From: a virus | Taxonomy: Duplodnaviria > Heunggongvirae > Uroviricota > Caudoviricetes | IMG/VR virus record: IMGVR_UViG_3300042430_003153 | Direction: 5' to 3' (one strand) | Length of the DNA stretch: 64,000 nucleotides | Part shown: piece after piece, positions 1-8,610 of the stretch | Layout of the letters: each line of letters starts with the position of its first letter | How positions within the stretch are numbered: the stretch's first letter is position 1 | The notes under the pieces: model-generated | Seen by the model: the letters and a program-made list of their open reading frames with translations, nothing else | What the model was told of the DNA's origin: nothing | The model's database searches: none | Program-made: the position numbers and the translations under genes

Positions 1-5
1 GTAAT

Positions 6-932
6 ATGAAGAATATTGGATACTGTTGCATTCCACTTGGTTGTAATCAAGGTAAAAAAAAGAAAGAACAAATCTTAGTAAATAGAAGTATGGTCAGAAA
101 GACTTTTGACGCAAAAGGTCTTCCTTATGTTTCTGAATTAATAATTCTTAACTTAATTGATACAATTAAAGTATTGGACTGGAACTTACAAAACGATATC
201 TACATTTATCGTATGTCTTCTGATTCATTTCCTTGGATGTCTGAATATATGTTTGATGATCTACCAGATTTTGAGACAATCAAAAACTTACTTAAAAGAA
301 TTGGTGATAAAGCAAAAGAAAATGATATAAGACTATCATATCATCCTGGGCCTTTCAACGTTTTGGCATCAGAAAGACAAGATGTCATTTATCGAGCAAT
401 ATCTGAATTAGACCAACATGCTTATATTATGGATTTAATGGGTCTTGAACAATCTAACTTTTATCCTATCAATATACACGTAGGAACTACAAAACCAACT
501 ACATTTGAAGCTGCTAAGAAATTCTGTGAGAGTTTTCAACTACTTACAGACTCTTGTAAAAAGAGATTGACTATTGAGAACGATGATTCACCAAATCAGT
601 TTTCTGTTAAAATGTTGTATGATTGGATTCATAAAGAGATTGGAATTCCTATTGTGTTTGACCAACACCACTTCAATTATGGTCCACAAGATCAGACTAT
701 GGAAGAAGCACTTAAACTTGCTTGCTCTACCTGGGGTGATGTTCGACCACTGACTCATATGAGCTCACCTAAAACAATAGAAGACTTCACTGGTAGACAA
801 ACCGCACATGCTGACTATATTTATGAAGAAATTAAAACATTTGGTCTTGACTTTGATACAGAAATTGAGGCGAAAGCAAAAGACCTCGCAGTTATTAAAT
901 ACAGACAACAATTTAAAGTTCTCAAAGGGTGA
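6..932 (+). CDS. uvdE: UV DNA damage endonuclease (UvdE/UvsE family)
   Basis: 308 aa, full length for the family. N-terminal IGYCCI motif and conserved WNLxNxIYxYRxSSxxxP block typical of UvdE TIM-barrel endonucleases. Confidence 0.8.
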   Translation: MKNIGYCCIPLGCNQGKKKKEQILVNRSMVRKTFDAKGLPYVSELIILNLIDTIKVLDWNLQNDIYIYRMSSDSFPWMSEYMFDDLPDFETIKNLLKRIGDKAKENDIRLSYHPGPFNVLASERQDVIYRAISELDQHAYIMDLMGLEQSNFYPINIHVGTTKPTTFEAAKKFCESFQLLTDSCKKRLTIENDDSPNQFSVKMLYDWIHKEIGIPIVFDQHHFNYGPQDQTMEEALKLACSTWGDVRPLTHMSSPKTIEDFTGRQTAHADYIYEEIKTFGLDFDTEIEAKAKDLAVIKYRQQFKVLKG

Positions 933-1134
933 TATTGTTAGAATATTTCCTGAGTCTGATGGTATCTGGTCGGTTTCATTCACTGGTAAAATAATCGACT
1001 ATGAATCTGGATTAAAAGAACCAATTTACATAGTTGAGACTTATTCATCTAATCTTAGATTTCCAGAATCTACTCTAAAACATATAGATAAAGATGATGA
1101 AAGAGATTGGAAAATTAAACAAGTATTGAAATGA
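808..1134 (+). CDS. hypothetical small protein (SH3/KOW-like), paralog of 1131..1499; start uncertain
   Basis: Only in-frame starts lie within the uvdE 3' end (>100 nt overlap). KGDxVxIFxE...GKxxD core resembles the next ORF. Confidence 0.4.
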   Translation: MLTIFMKKLKHLVLTLIQKLRRKQKTSQLLNTDNNLKFSKGDIVRIFPESDGIWSVSFTGKIIDYESGLKEPIYIVETYSSNLRFPESTLKHIDKDDERDWKIKQVLK

Positions 1135-1499
1135 GAGATTTAACACCGTGGAGATATAAATTAACTTCACTACAATATTACTTTGATATAGTTAAAAGAA
1201 TTTTTATAAGAAATAAAGATGATAAGTATGGTTATATAAAATTTAAAAAAGGTGATGAAGTTAAGGTAACTATCTTTTCTGAAATACCTGAGTTTTGGTA
1301 TAAAGGTAAAGTATTAGATATTAATGCAAGATATGTTATATCTTCGATTGAAGAAAGTTGGACAGTAGAATATTATGTTGTTTTTATTAATAGTATGAAT
1401 GACAAAGTGACCGAATGGTTCTCAGAATCACAGTTGAGGAAATACTCTTTACAAGAAGAACGTAACTCACGAATAGAACAGATATTAAATGAAAATTAG
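1131..1499 (+). CDS. hypothetical protein, paralog of 808..1134
   Basis: 122 aa. Shares F-KGD-V...W..GK..D...Y-V...F-ES-L pattern with the preceding ORF. Start overlaps the upstream stop (ATGA). Confidence 0.55.
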   Translation: MRDLTPWRYKLTSLQYYFDIVKRIFIRNKDDKYGYIKFKKGDEVKVTIFSEIPEFWYKGKVLDINARYVISSIEESWTVEYYVVFINSMNDKVTEWFSESQLRKYSLQEERNSRIEQILNEN

Positions 1500-1532
1500 A
1501 AAACTTAGGTATATAATTATAATATAAATATT

Positions 1533-2021
1533 ATGGAATTAGTAACAACAAAAATTTGCATGGCATTAGACTTAGGGGTTCATGGTAATCTCTTTGGTGG
1601 AAATATGATGTCTTTTTTAGATGAAGCAGCGGCTGCTTATGCTTGTCAAATCTGTGACTCGGCTAAAATGGTAACAAAGAAAATTGAAGAAGTTGTCTTT
1701 GAAAGTCCGGTTAGAGTTGGTAATCTAATAAAGATTTATGCTTCGGTTCACAAATTCGGAACCACTTCAATTACTATTAATCTTGAAGCTAGAAAACACA
1801 ATGTTCACACTGGTAAACAAGATTTGGTGTGTTCTAACAAAATGGTATTTGTTAAGTTAGACGAAGAAGGATCCCCTATTCCAATTTCTGACAGAGTTAA
1901 AACAAGATACTCTGAAAGATTTAAAAAATATGGAAGAGGTTTACTTCATCCAGAAGAAATGGAAAAAGAGTTGAAAGAAAAGAAGGAAATTAAGACCACC
2001 TCACACTCTATTCATATGTAA
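1533..2021 (+). CDS. hotdog-fold acyl-CoA thioesterase (YciA-like)
   Basis: 162 aa. GxHGNLFGGxxMxxxDEAA N-terminal block and central helix/beta pattern typical of 4HBT/hotdog thioesterases. Confidence 0.65.
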   Translation: MELVTTKICMALDLGVHGNLFGGNMMSFLDEAAAAYACQICDSAKMVTKKIEEVVFESPVRVGNLIKIYASVHKFGTTSITINLEARKHNVHTGKQDLVCSNKMVFVKLDEEGSPIPISDRVKTRYSERFKKYGRGLLHPEEMEKELKEKKEIKTTSHSIHM

Positions 2022-2030
2022 ATAAAAAAA

Positions 2031-2059
2031 GAGAGTCAATTGACTCTCTTTTATTTTAT
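2031..2059. terminator. bidirectional rho-independent terminator
   Basis: Perfect palindrome GAGAGTCAATTGACTCTC preceded by an A-run and followed by a T-run, between convergent genes. Confidence 0.6.
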
Positions 2060-2743
2060 AAGATAATAATTAAAACTGATTGGAATTGGCATCCAACTTA
2101 CTTCTACTTCTAATTTGGCGTCTGGTCTAAATCTATTTTCTTCTATGGTGATTACATGAGTTCCACTTGATAGTTTAGAAAAAACAGAGTGTATTAATTC
2201 TTGAGACATAAGAGCGTCATTCATAAAGACATGAGTAGCATCTGATAAATCGCAGTTCAAAACATCATCATTTATAAACTCTACATTATCAATCTCATTT
2301 ATTTGATTTAGTATATTTAAACAGTATTTAAATCTAATAGTGTCTAATTCAATGCCAACTAATTTTCTAAAATTAGAAATTAATCCAAAATGCATAATCA
2401 TTTTTCCGTGACCAGAACCGATATCATAAAATACATCAGTTTCTTTTATACCTGTGTTTGATTTTATCCATTTATAAATATCTTCAGATCCTTTTTTAGT
2501 TATTTCACCATATGCGAATTTTTCAGAACCATTATAGTTTTTTAACTTGTCATAGTATTCTTCTAAATTACCATTTAATAAACTATCAGCTGTTGTTTGA
2601 TTTTCTAATTTCCATTGTTCTTCTGTTGATAAACTATACCATTCTCCTAAGTGTTGTAAAATTGACTTTAATGTAAAAAGTTTGTTTTGATAAATTGTAT
2701 TTATCGAGTCGAAATTAGTTATAGTTTTTAAAAAGTCTTCCAT
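2051..2743 (-). CDS. class I SAM-dependent methyltransferase
   Basis: 230 aa. YDIGSGHGKMIMHF glycine-rich motif I followed by an acidic residue after beta-2 (IELD). Confidence 0.55.
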   Translation of the reverse strand: MEDFLKTITNFDSINTIYQNKLFTLKSILQHLGEWYSLSTEEQWKLENQTTADSLLNGNLEEYYDKLKNYNGSEKFAYGEITKKGSEDIYKWIKSNTGIKETDVFYDIGSGHGKMIMHFGLISNFRKLVGIELDTIRFKYCLNILNQINEIDNVEFINDDVLNCDLSDATHVFMNDALMSQELIHSVFSKLSSGTHVITIEENRFRPDAKLEVEVSWMPIPISFNYYLIK

Positions 2744-3363
2744 TAGTATTTAACTATTTCTAATCCAGCATTTTTAAGGAATTCTAAACCAGATAAATCT
2801 TTATAATCTTCCATATAAACTAATTTTGAGATTCCTGATTGTAATATTAATTTAGAACAATCTTTACAAGGTGAGTGTGTTAAATAAAGTGTAGAACCCT
2901 GACAAGATTGACCGTGTTTAGCACATTTTAAAATGGCATTTGCTTCTCCATGAATTACAAACCAATGAGTTTCATTTTCTTCTGTTTCACAAGAATTCTC
3001 AAATCCGGTCGGTGTTCCGTTAAATCCATCAGATATAATCATTCCATTTTTAACAATAAGAGCACCTACTTGTTTCCTACTACAGTGTGAAAGTTTAGCC
3101 CACTCTAAAGCCATATTCAAATAAGTTTTGTCATACTTTTGTTGTTTGTATCTTGATTTAATCTCATCTATGAAATTTGTGATATTATCTTCACCATCAA
3201 TTGATTTTTCTTTACCAGATTTATCTTTGATTATCATTCTTGTAGCATTTTTATCTGAATTATTAATCACTTCCATGTCAATAATCATAGGACTCATATC
3301 ATCATAAAGATAACCTTGTGATTCAATCATATCTCTTGTAATACCTTCTAAATATTTACTCAT
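2743..3363 (-). CDS. dCMP deaminase
   Basis: HGEANAI and SPCKDC zinc-binding cytidine/dCMP deaminase motifs. Start taken as the ATG (plus cat at 3361-3363) one codon inside the track's TTG start. Confidence 0.8.
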   Translation of the reverse strand: MSKYLEGITRDMIESQGYLYDDMSPMIIDMEVINNSDKNATRMIIKDKSGKEKSIDGEDNITNFIDEIKSRYKQQKYDKTYLNMALEWAKLSHCSRKQVGALIVKNGMIISDGFNGTPTGFENSCETEENETHWFVIHGEANAILKCAKHGQSCQGSTLYLTHSPCKDCSKLILQSGISKLVYMEDYKDLSGLEFLKNAGLEIVKY

Positions 3364-3508
3364 CAAATAATTTATTTATTTTCTTCTTTCTTATAAGTTT
3401 TCTCACATCATTTTTAAATACTCTCTTAAAGGCTTCTTCTGGATATATTCTACCATTATTATGTTTACCGAATGTTTGTAGAACACCTTCTAGAATTATC
3501 TTACTCAT
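3356..3508 (-). CDS. small basic hypothetical ORF (50 aa)
   Basis: ATG start, lysine-rich, fills the gap between the dCMP deaminase and nusG-like genes. Below ORF-track size cutoff; hand-translated. Confidence 0.25.
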   Translation of the reverse strand: MSKIILEGVLQTFGKHNNGRIYPEEAFKRVFKNDVRKLIRKKKINKLFDE

Positions 3509-3644
3509 TGAATATTCTTTTGATTCTTTCTTTTCTTAAAGATTTTTTAGTCATATTTAAAATATTTTTTAAAATCCAATCTTTACTTAATTGGTAATTT
3601 CCAGTGATAATTAATTCCTTCATTAAATCAATTTTATCTTTCAT
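3501..3644 (-). CDS. small hypothetical ORF (47 aa)
   Basis: ATG start. Its stop overlaps the start of the downstream small ORF (ATGAGTAA), suggesting translational coupling. Confidence 0.25.
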   Translation of the reverse strand: MKDKIDLMKELIITGNYQLSKDWILKNILNMTKKSLRKERIKRIFNE

Positions 3645-3732
3645 AAACTAAAAATTCTTTTGATTTTAGATATTCTATAAACTGCTATAAATGTCCTTTT
3701 TGATTCCGAGTTTAAGACTACATAATTAGCAG

Positions 3733-3770
3733 AGCCTCTCAAAGAAGATTGATGTATCTTTTGAGAGGCT
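3733..3770. repeat. 12-bp perfect inverted repeat (AGCCTCTCAAAG / CTTTGAGAGGCT) with 14-nt loop
   Basis: Seen directly, just downstream of the nusG-like gene. No strong U-tract on either side. Confidence 0.45.
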
Positions 3771-3794
3771 TGTAATAATTTATCAACTAAACTT

Positions 3795-4355
3795 TTATTG
3801 ATCATTGTGCTTTTCAATCTGAAGAGCGCTTAACTCAACAAGATTTTTTCTACCAAAAATCATAACCTCGACTTTGACTTTTTGGTCTTTAATACTTTCT
3901 ACTGTTCCTGTAAATCCTGTAAATGGACCTTCAAGAACTTTAACTGATTCACCAGAAATAAAATGGTCGAATTGTTCAGCTACTTCTTCTTTTTGTTTTT
4001 GAATACCTAACATCCTATCTACTTCTCCTTGTGTTAAAGATTGAATAACACCAGTTCTATTTGTTAAAAATCCAGTGGCACCATTAACTGCTTTAAGATA
4101 GTATTTTAATTCACCTACAGCATTAGTCTCAACAAAGATATATCCTGGAAACATTACCTTTTCACGTTGAACTTTTTTACCGTTTTTAAGGTGAAATGAT
4201 TTTTCAGTTGGAACGACTACTCGACCAATTTTACCAATCAGTTCTCCTTTTTCTCCATCTTTTATAATTCTTTCAGATACAGACTTTTCACGGTTTGATT
4301 GTGCTCTTACAATATACCAGTTCATTGTTGTTTTTTCAATTTCAGTTGTCATCAT
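3795..4355 (-). CDS. nusG: NusG-like transcription elongation/antitermination factor (NGN + KOW)
   Basis: 186 aa. WYIVRAQSNRE NGN opening and C-terminal KOW-like GxxVxVxxGPFxGxxGxV block. Confidence 0.7.
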   Translation of the reverse strand: MMTTEIEKTTMNWYIVRAQSNREKSVSERIIKDGEKGELIGKIGRVVVPTEKSFHLKNGKKVQREKVMFPGYIFVETNAVGELKYYLKAVNGATGFLTNRTGVIQSLTQGEVDRMLGIQKQKEEVAEQFDHFISGESVKVLEGPFTGFTGTVESIKDQKVKVEVMIFGRKNLVELSALQIEKHNDQ

Positions 4356-4367
4356 ATTATATTTAAT

Positions 4368-4766
4368 TTATTGTTTTTCTAATTTTTTAAAATAGTTTAA
4401 CTCTTCTTTTATAAAATCAAAGTGATTTTCAATTAAGTAATCTAAGTCAATATCTTTAATCTTTAGTTTACTAAGAAGTAATTTATAATCAGAATCACCG
4501 ACTGGTCCTTTTTCTTTTTCACTTTTAGACCAAATCCAACTTGGGTATGGTTTGTCTTTCATAAAGTGATACCATAAGTCAAGACCTGATACTTTATCTA
4601 TTGATTTAAGATTTAAAAGTTGAGCTTTTTCTGGAAATCTTTTAGCCAGAAGTCGGTTAATGATAAAGAAGAAATCATTTTTCTGCTCATCACTAACCCA
4701 ATTCCAATTTTTCTTATCCTTAAACATCGCATTTGTTACAGCGAGTAAGTTATTTTCTATTATCAT
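4368..4766 (-). CDS. hypothetical protein
   Basis: 132 aa ORF with coding-like composition. No recognisable motif. Confidence 0.5.
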   Translation of the reverse strand: MIIENNLLAVTNAMFKDKKNWNWVSDEQKNDFFFIINRLLAKRFPEKAQLLNLKSIDKVSGLDLWYHFMKDKPYPSWIWSKSEKEKGPVGDSDYKLLLSKLKIKDIDLDYLIENHFDFIKEELNYFKKLEKQ

Positions 4767-5731
4767 TTACTGTATTTAGATTCCATTTTCTCAATAATTT
4801 CATCTGGTAAATTTTGTAATCGTAAATCAATTAGTTTTACATTACTGTTAATGTTCTCAACAATTGATTCAATTTGAGTCTTGCTCAATTTCTTTTTTTC
4901 ACAAATCAAATCCGCTATGTTTTCGAAAAGATCTGGATCTTCTAAATTTATTTCACCAAATTCAACCAAATAATTGTCATAAATTGTTTTAGCGCCTTTA
5001 GTTCCAATTCCTCTTTTCTTACCATTCTTAATTTGAGACCAAACCGAACCAATGTTATCTGATTGGTCACCAGAGATTATTTTTATAACTAAAGACTCCA
5101 TAGGATCAATTTCTACTATTTCATACTTAGTTAAAAATCTATCTAATAGTCCTAAAAATTCAACATTGTCATTCAAATTAAAAATATCATTGTTAGGTAG
5201 GTTTCTAACATTTGAGATAAAAATCTGATAGTTTTTTGGCATAAAAAGTTTTTCTTTGTTATACATCTCATTCGTCATGATATTTATGTAAAGAGGATTT
5301 AAATTCCAATTAACAATTTGTTTGATATCATAATCATTCGAAACGATAATGGTAGAACGCCCTTCTAAGTTTGCCTTTGTGGTTAAAAAAGAAATCCAAT
5401 CATCTCCTTCAACGTGAGGTGCTTCTAAAATTGTAACCAAATCCGACATTGATTGTTTAAATTCATCATAAGCGTTATAAACAAAAGGCCAATCAATATC
5501 AGAATCTTTTTTTCTATTAGCTTTATAAGCTTTAGTAAGTTGTTTTCTCCAAGATTTTTCTTTGGAGTCAGAGACAAGATAAACATTAGCAAACGGATAC
5601 CACTTTCTATAGTTGTTAATCGCGTTTTCTAATGATTTGTGTAATGCGCCATACAATAGGTTGTTTTTGTGAAGTGTGAAAACCAATCTACTCAAGATAT
5701 AATTTCCATCTATTACTAAATCACATATCAT
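4763..5731 (-). CDS. 5'-3' exonuclease / flap endonuclease (T4 RNase H-like)
   Basis: N-terminal LVIDGNYILSR PIN-like motif with acidic clusters. Helix-hairpin-helix GIGTKGAKTI typical of the FEN H3TH domain. Confidence 0.55.
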   Translation of the reverse strand: MICDLVIDGNYILSRLVFTLHKNNLLYGALHKSLENAINNYRKWYPFANVYLVSDSKEKSWRKQLTKAYKANRKKDSDIDWPFVYNAYDEFKQSMSDLVTILEAPHVEGDDWISFLTTKANLEGRSTIIVSNDYDIKQIVNWNLNPLYINIMTNEMYNKEKLFMPKNYQIFISNVRNLPNNDIFNLNDNVEFLGLLDRFLTKYEIVEIDPMESLVIKIISGDQSDNIGSVWSQIKNGKKRGIGTKGAKTIYDNYLVEFGEINLEDPDLFENIADLICEKKKLSKTQIESIVENINSNVKLIDLRLQNLPDEIIEKMESKYSK

Positions 5732-5772
5732 TAAAATATTATTATTTTTTATTTATAGTGATTTAAAAAAGT

Positions 5773-6108
5773 TTAGTTTATAATATTATCTATCTTTTTA
5801 TCTCTTTCCAGAATGGTAATTCTTTTTTCAATGAATTGTTCCATTTCATGTGGAAATATGACACCATTTTTTTTGAGTTCATCCCAGAATGGTTTTCCTA
5901 ACACATTTATAGTTGAAATAGCAACTGCTATATGACCATCGATATATCCAGTGTGTTCATATACTTCACCTAATATATTGAATTTATTTTTAGAGTGTCC
6001 GCTTGATCCACTAACATAACTTATTGTTCCTGATGAGGTGCTAGTAATTCCTATTGATGAACTTGGTCGCGCATGATGGTTGATTCCAATTGAAATATTT
6101 TTACTCAT
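5773..6108 (-). CDS. hypothetical protein
   Basis: 111 aa ORF, Ser/Gly-rich N-terminal half. Confidence 0.45.
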   Translation of the reverse strand: MSKNISIGINHHARPSSSIGITSTSSGTISYVSGSSGHSKNKFNILGEVYEHTGYIDGHIAVAISTINVLGKPFWDELKKNGVIFPHEMEQFIEKRITILERDKKIDNIIN

Positions 6109-6898
6109 TTAAAATTTTATTGATAACTGTGTTTAGTTCTCCTTTAGAGATTGATCGTGGACCTACAGTTAAATCGGTCCAGTTTTGTTTTTGAAGAGCA
6201 TTTATGACTTCTCCTATCTTATTTTTATTATCTAAAATAATAAAGTAATGAGACTGTTCTGACTTATCTAAATCTCTAAAAGCCTTTCCAGCATAAACAC
6301 CTACTCTTCTTACGGCGAAGTCTGCTAAATTTTTATCTTTTGTGTATGAGTAACCAGAACTTTCAGTTGATTTTATTTTATCTCTTTTGATATCAGATTT
6401 TTTCCAAATCTGAAATACACACTTTACGCTATAACTTTCACCATCAAGTAAATAAGAATCATCTGGTAAAACTTCTTCATACTCTAAATGAAAATATTCA
6501 GGTATCTTATTTTTCATACTTGGTTTAGCAAAACTTAGTGGTAGTATAAAAGCAATAGTATCAGAGAATTCAGAACTTCTTTTAATAAAATTCATTGCTA
6601 AAGAACCTTGTTTACCAAACGGTGGATTTGAAATCACAATAACTTTATCTCTTTGAGTGGTTATTTGAGAGTAGTTCCAAGTTAAGAAGTCATGAGTAAT
6701 AACACCTTCTAAGTGTGGTAAAATATCAATTCCTATTTTATTATTATGATTAATTTGAGAATAGAAAGCTCCATCACCACAGCAAGGATCTACAACTAAA
6801 TCAAAATTAGAAAAGTCAACATTTGATATTAACTTTTGAACTAAATCTCTTTTTGTGTAAAATTTATCTAAATCAGATTTAAGAATTCTTCTCATCAA
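6101..6898 (-). CDS. DNA N6-adenine (amino) methyltransferase, gamma class
   Basis: DPCCGDGAF (motif I, FxGxG-like) followed later by NPPF (motif IV). The I-then-IV order matches gamma-class amino-MTases. Confidence 0.65.
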   Translation of the reverse strand: MMRRILKSDLDKFYTKRDLVQKLISNVDFSNFDLVVDPCCGDGAFYSQINHNNKIGIDILPHLEGVITHDFLTWNYSQITTQRDKVIVISNPPFGKQGSLAMNFIKRSSEFSDTIAFILPLSFAKPSMKNKIPEYFHLEYEEVLPDDSYLLDGESYSVKCVFQIWKKSDIKRDKIKSTESSGYSYTKDKNLADFAVRRVGVYAGKAFRDLDKSEQSHYFIILDNKNKIGEVINALQKQNWTDLTVGPRSISKGELNTVINKILNE

Positions 6899-6926
6899 AT
6901 ATTTTATTAAAAATTATTAGTAAAGT

Positions 6927-8057
6927 TTAATAAATTTTAATATGTGGATTCTGAAGTATCTTAGTTTTGAAGTCATTAAAAGATATAGCAGATTGTATTC
7001 TAAGTTGTCCTTTAGAATCTCTTTTGAATCTAAGTTTCACTGTACTACTTTCTGCTAACTTTCTATATTTAATTCTAAATTGAAGCCAAGCTTCTTCTTG
7101 TTCATCACTTCTTTCTCCTTTTAGTCTATGTGAACTTAGTTCTTTATACATTTGTTCAAACTCTGAAGTCTTACTCCATATATCTGGAAGATAAGATTCC
7201 CAAACTTTAACAGGCATCAATACTAGATATTCTTCAACAATATTCTTTTTATCAATACCATCGTGAAAACCAACTGCTAAAATAAAATATTCAGCAGTTG
7301 TTTCTCTAATTTTTAATCTATCACCTACCATCTCCAAACCAGCAATTCTTTTGAAATCACCCATTTCAACATCGGTTCCTATTTTCATACATTTGATACT
7401 CCAGTTTCTTGATTCTGAAAAAGAATCCGGGTAGTAATCAAATTTAACATCTCCTTCTTTTGGTGACCAGATTACCTCATCAACACCAGAAACAGGATCT
7501 TTTTCTAATAAACTATGATATTGAGACTTATCCCAAAGCTCTATTTTTTTACCACTATCTGCTCTCCAAGTTAGATAAGTCTTATCCATTCCACCTTCAG
7601 CATCCCACTTATGTGTTTTCCCAAATCTTTGAAGTCCATTATATCTTCTTACATCACCTTCATAAATAAATCCGTGTAATTGTCTTGCTCTATTAGCCTC
7701 ATTTGAATTTTTCTTGAAGATATAAAGAAATACTTCTTGTCCGTCGCTAGTGACAATTTTTGAATCTTCTGGCATATAACCCTGATGTTTTTTAATATCA
7801 GAGTCAAAGAAATTAACGTTTTTAATTCTTAACGCAGATTTTGGTAGATTTAAAAACTTTTCTCTTTCTAACGGTGTCTTTTTATCACTCACTAAAACAC
7901 AGTGAGCATATTCATCAAAGTCATACATTCTCATCCACTTTTTAATTTGAGATTTTTTATAAATTCTTCTTTCAATTAAATCGTAAACTTTAAATGTAGT
8001 GTGATAAATATACAATTTTGCTTCGTTAATGAATTGACTATATGATTTAATATTCAT
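6927..8057 (-). CDS. hypothetical protein with CTS-like N-terminus; C-terminal domain paralogous to 43848..44386
   Basis: N-terminus MNIKSYSQFINEA. Last ~110 aa align with ORF 43848..44386 (GDFKR, VGF, IVxEY, LRFKRDxKxQxRIQ). Confidence 0.55.
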   Translation of the reverse strand: MNIKSYSQFINEAKLYIYHTTFKVYDLIERRIYKKSQIKKWMRMYDFDEYAHCVLVSDKKTPLEREKFLNLPKSALRIKNVNFFDSDIKKHQGYMPEDSKIVTSDGQEVFLYIFKKNSNEANRARQLHGFIYEGDVRRYNGLQRFGKTHKWDAEGGMDKTYLTWRADSGKKIELWDKSQYHSLLEKDPVSGVDEVIWSPKEGDVKFDYYPDSFSESRNWSIKCMKIGTDVEMGDFKRIAGLEMVGDRLKIRETTAEYFILAVGFHDGIDKKNIVEEYLVLMPVKVWESYLPDIWSKTSEFEQMYKELSSHRLKGERSDEQEEAWLQFRIKYRKLAESSTVKLRFKRDSKGQLRIQSAISFNDFKTKILQNPHIKIY

Positions 8058-8079
8058 AAAACTATATATTAAATATGTT

Positions 8080-8610
8080 TTATAGAATATTATTTATTTG
8101 AATTTCACGCCATAAAGTTCTAAATTCCTCTCTTATTTCTTCTGAATAATCCCAAGTATCTTTTTTACTCCAGTAGTCATACCATTTTTTACCAACTTCT
8201 TTTTGAACTATTTTGAAGTTTAAGAGTAAAGTTTCAAAGTCACTAAACTCTTTAGTAAAATTTACTAAATTTTCGATAAAATCAAAATCAATCTTTTTAA
8301 TTGATTTATAAAATTTAGAATCAGCATAACATCTAAAACAATGTAAGGGAATTTTGTTGATATTAAATTCCTCACCTGGATTTGAAAACTCAGGGTGTGT
8401 AAAATAAAATTTTAAATTAGAGTTTTCTAAATGATGTATTAAGTCTACAACTTGTCTTTGTATTCTCAAATCAAGAAACACCCAAACAATTCCATCCTTA
8501 AAATAGCAGAGTGGAACATTATGTAATTTTTTGAAAAAAACATAATCTTTACCAACACTCCATTCACGGTTATGTCTTTGTTTTTTTGGTATTAATTTAT
8601 ATAAGTCCAT
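8080..8610 (-). CDS. hypothetical protein
   Basis: 176 aa ORF, no recognisable motif. Confidence 0.5.
   Translation of the reverse strand: MDLYKLIPKKQRHNREWSVGKDYVFFKKLHNVPLCYFKDGIVWVFLDLRIQRQVVDLIHHLENSNLKFYFTHPEFSNPGEEFNINKIPLHCFRCYADSKFYKSIKKIDFDFIENLVNFTKEFSDFETLLLNFKIVQKEVGKKWYDYWSKKDTWDYSEEIREEFRTLWREIQINNIL

Noticed and set aside
808-932. Possible programmed frameshift fusing uvdE to the downstream SH3-like ORF
   Set aside because: UvdE is already full length for its family and ends at a clean stop. No slippery heptamer was noted. The overlap is more simply explained by an imprecise start call for the small ORF.
765-983. Many alternate-frame or antisense ORFs in the track: 765-983, 7460-7669, 8868-9068, 10744-11046, 14877-15104, 16016-16255, 17540-17776, 22303-22515, 23375-23704, 24722-24934, 25104-25322, 28131-28400, 28397-28639, 28699-28896, 28763-28993, 30926-31270, 31191-31469, 31432-31647, 32301-32618, 33127-33354, 33478-33861, 34468-34659, 37804-38052, 38605-38826, 39630-39830, 42295-42537, 44675-44881, 45232-45453, 45698-45916, 47781-48014, 50628-50843, 51953-52153, 52748-52966, 53613-53822, 54203-54421, 54832-55098, 56676-56906, 59236-59454, 59648-59896
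   Set aside because: Each lies wholly inside or antisense to a longer ORF with clear motifs or better coding character. Low-complexity, Ser/Leu/Phe-rich translations are typical of shadow frames in AT-rich DNA.
1523-1530. T4 late-promoter-like TATAAATA boxes (1523-1530 before the thioesterase gene; 41299-41306 before ORF 41335)
   Set aside because: In ~30% GC DNA such 8-mers occur by chance. The first is only 2 nt from the ATG, too close for a late promoter plus leader. No consistent positioning was seen in front of the structural-looking genes.
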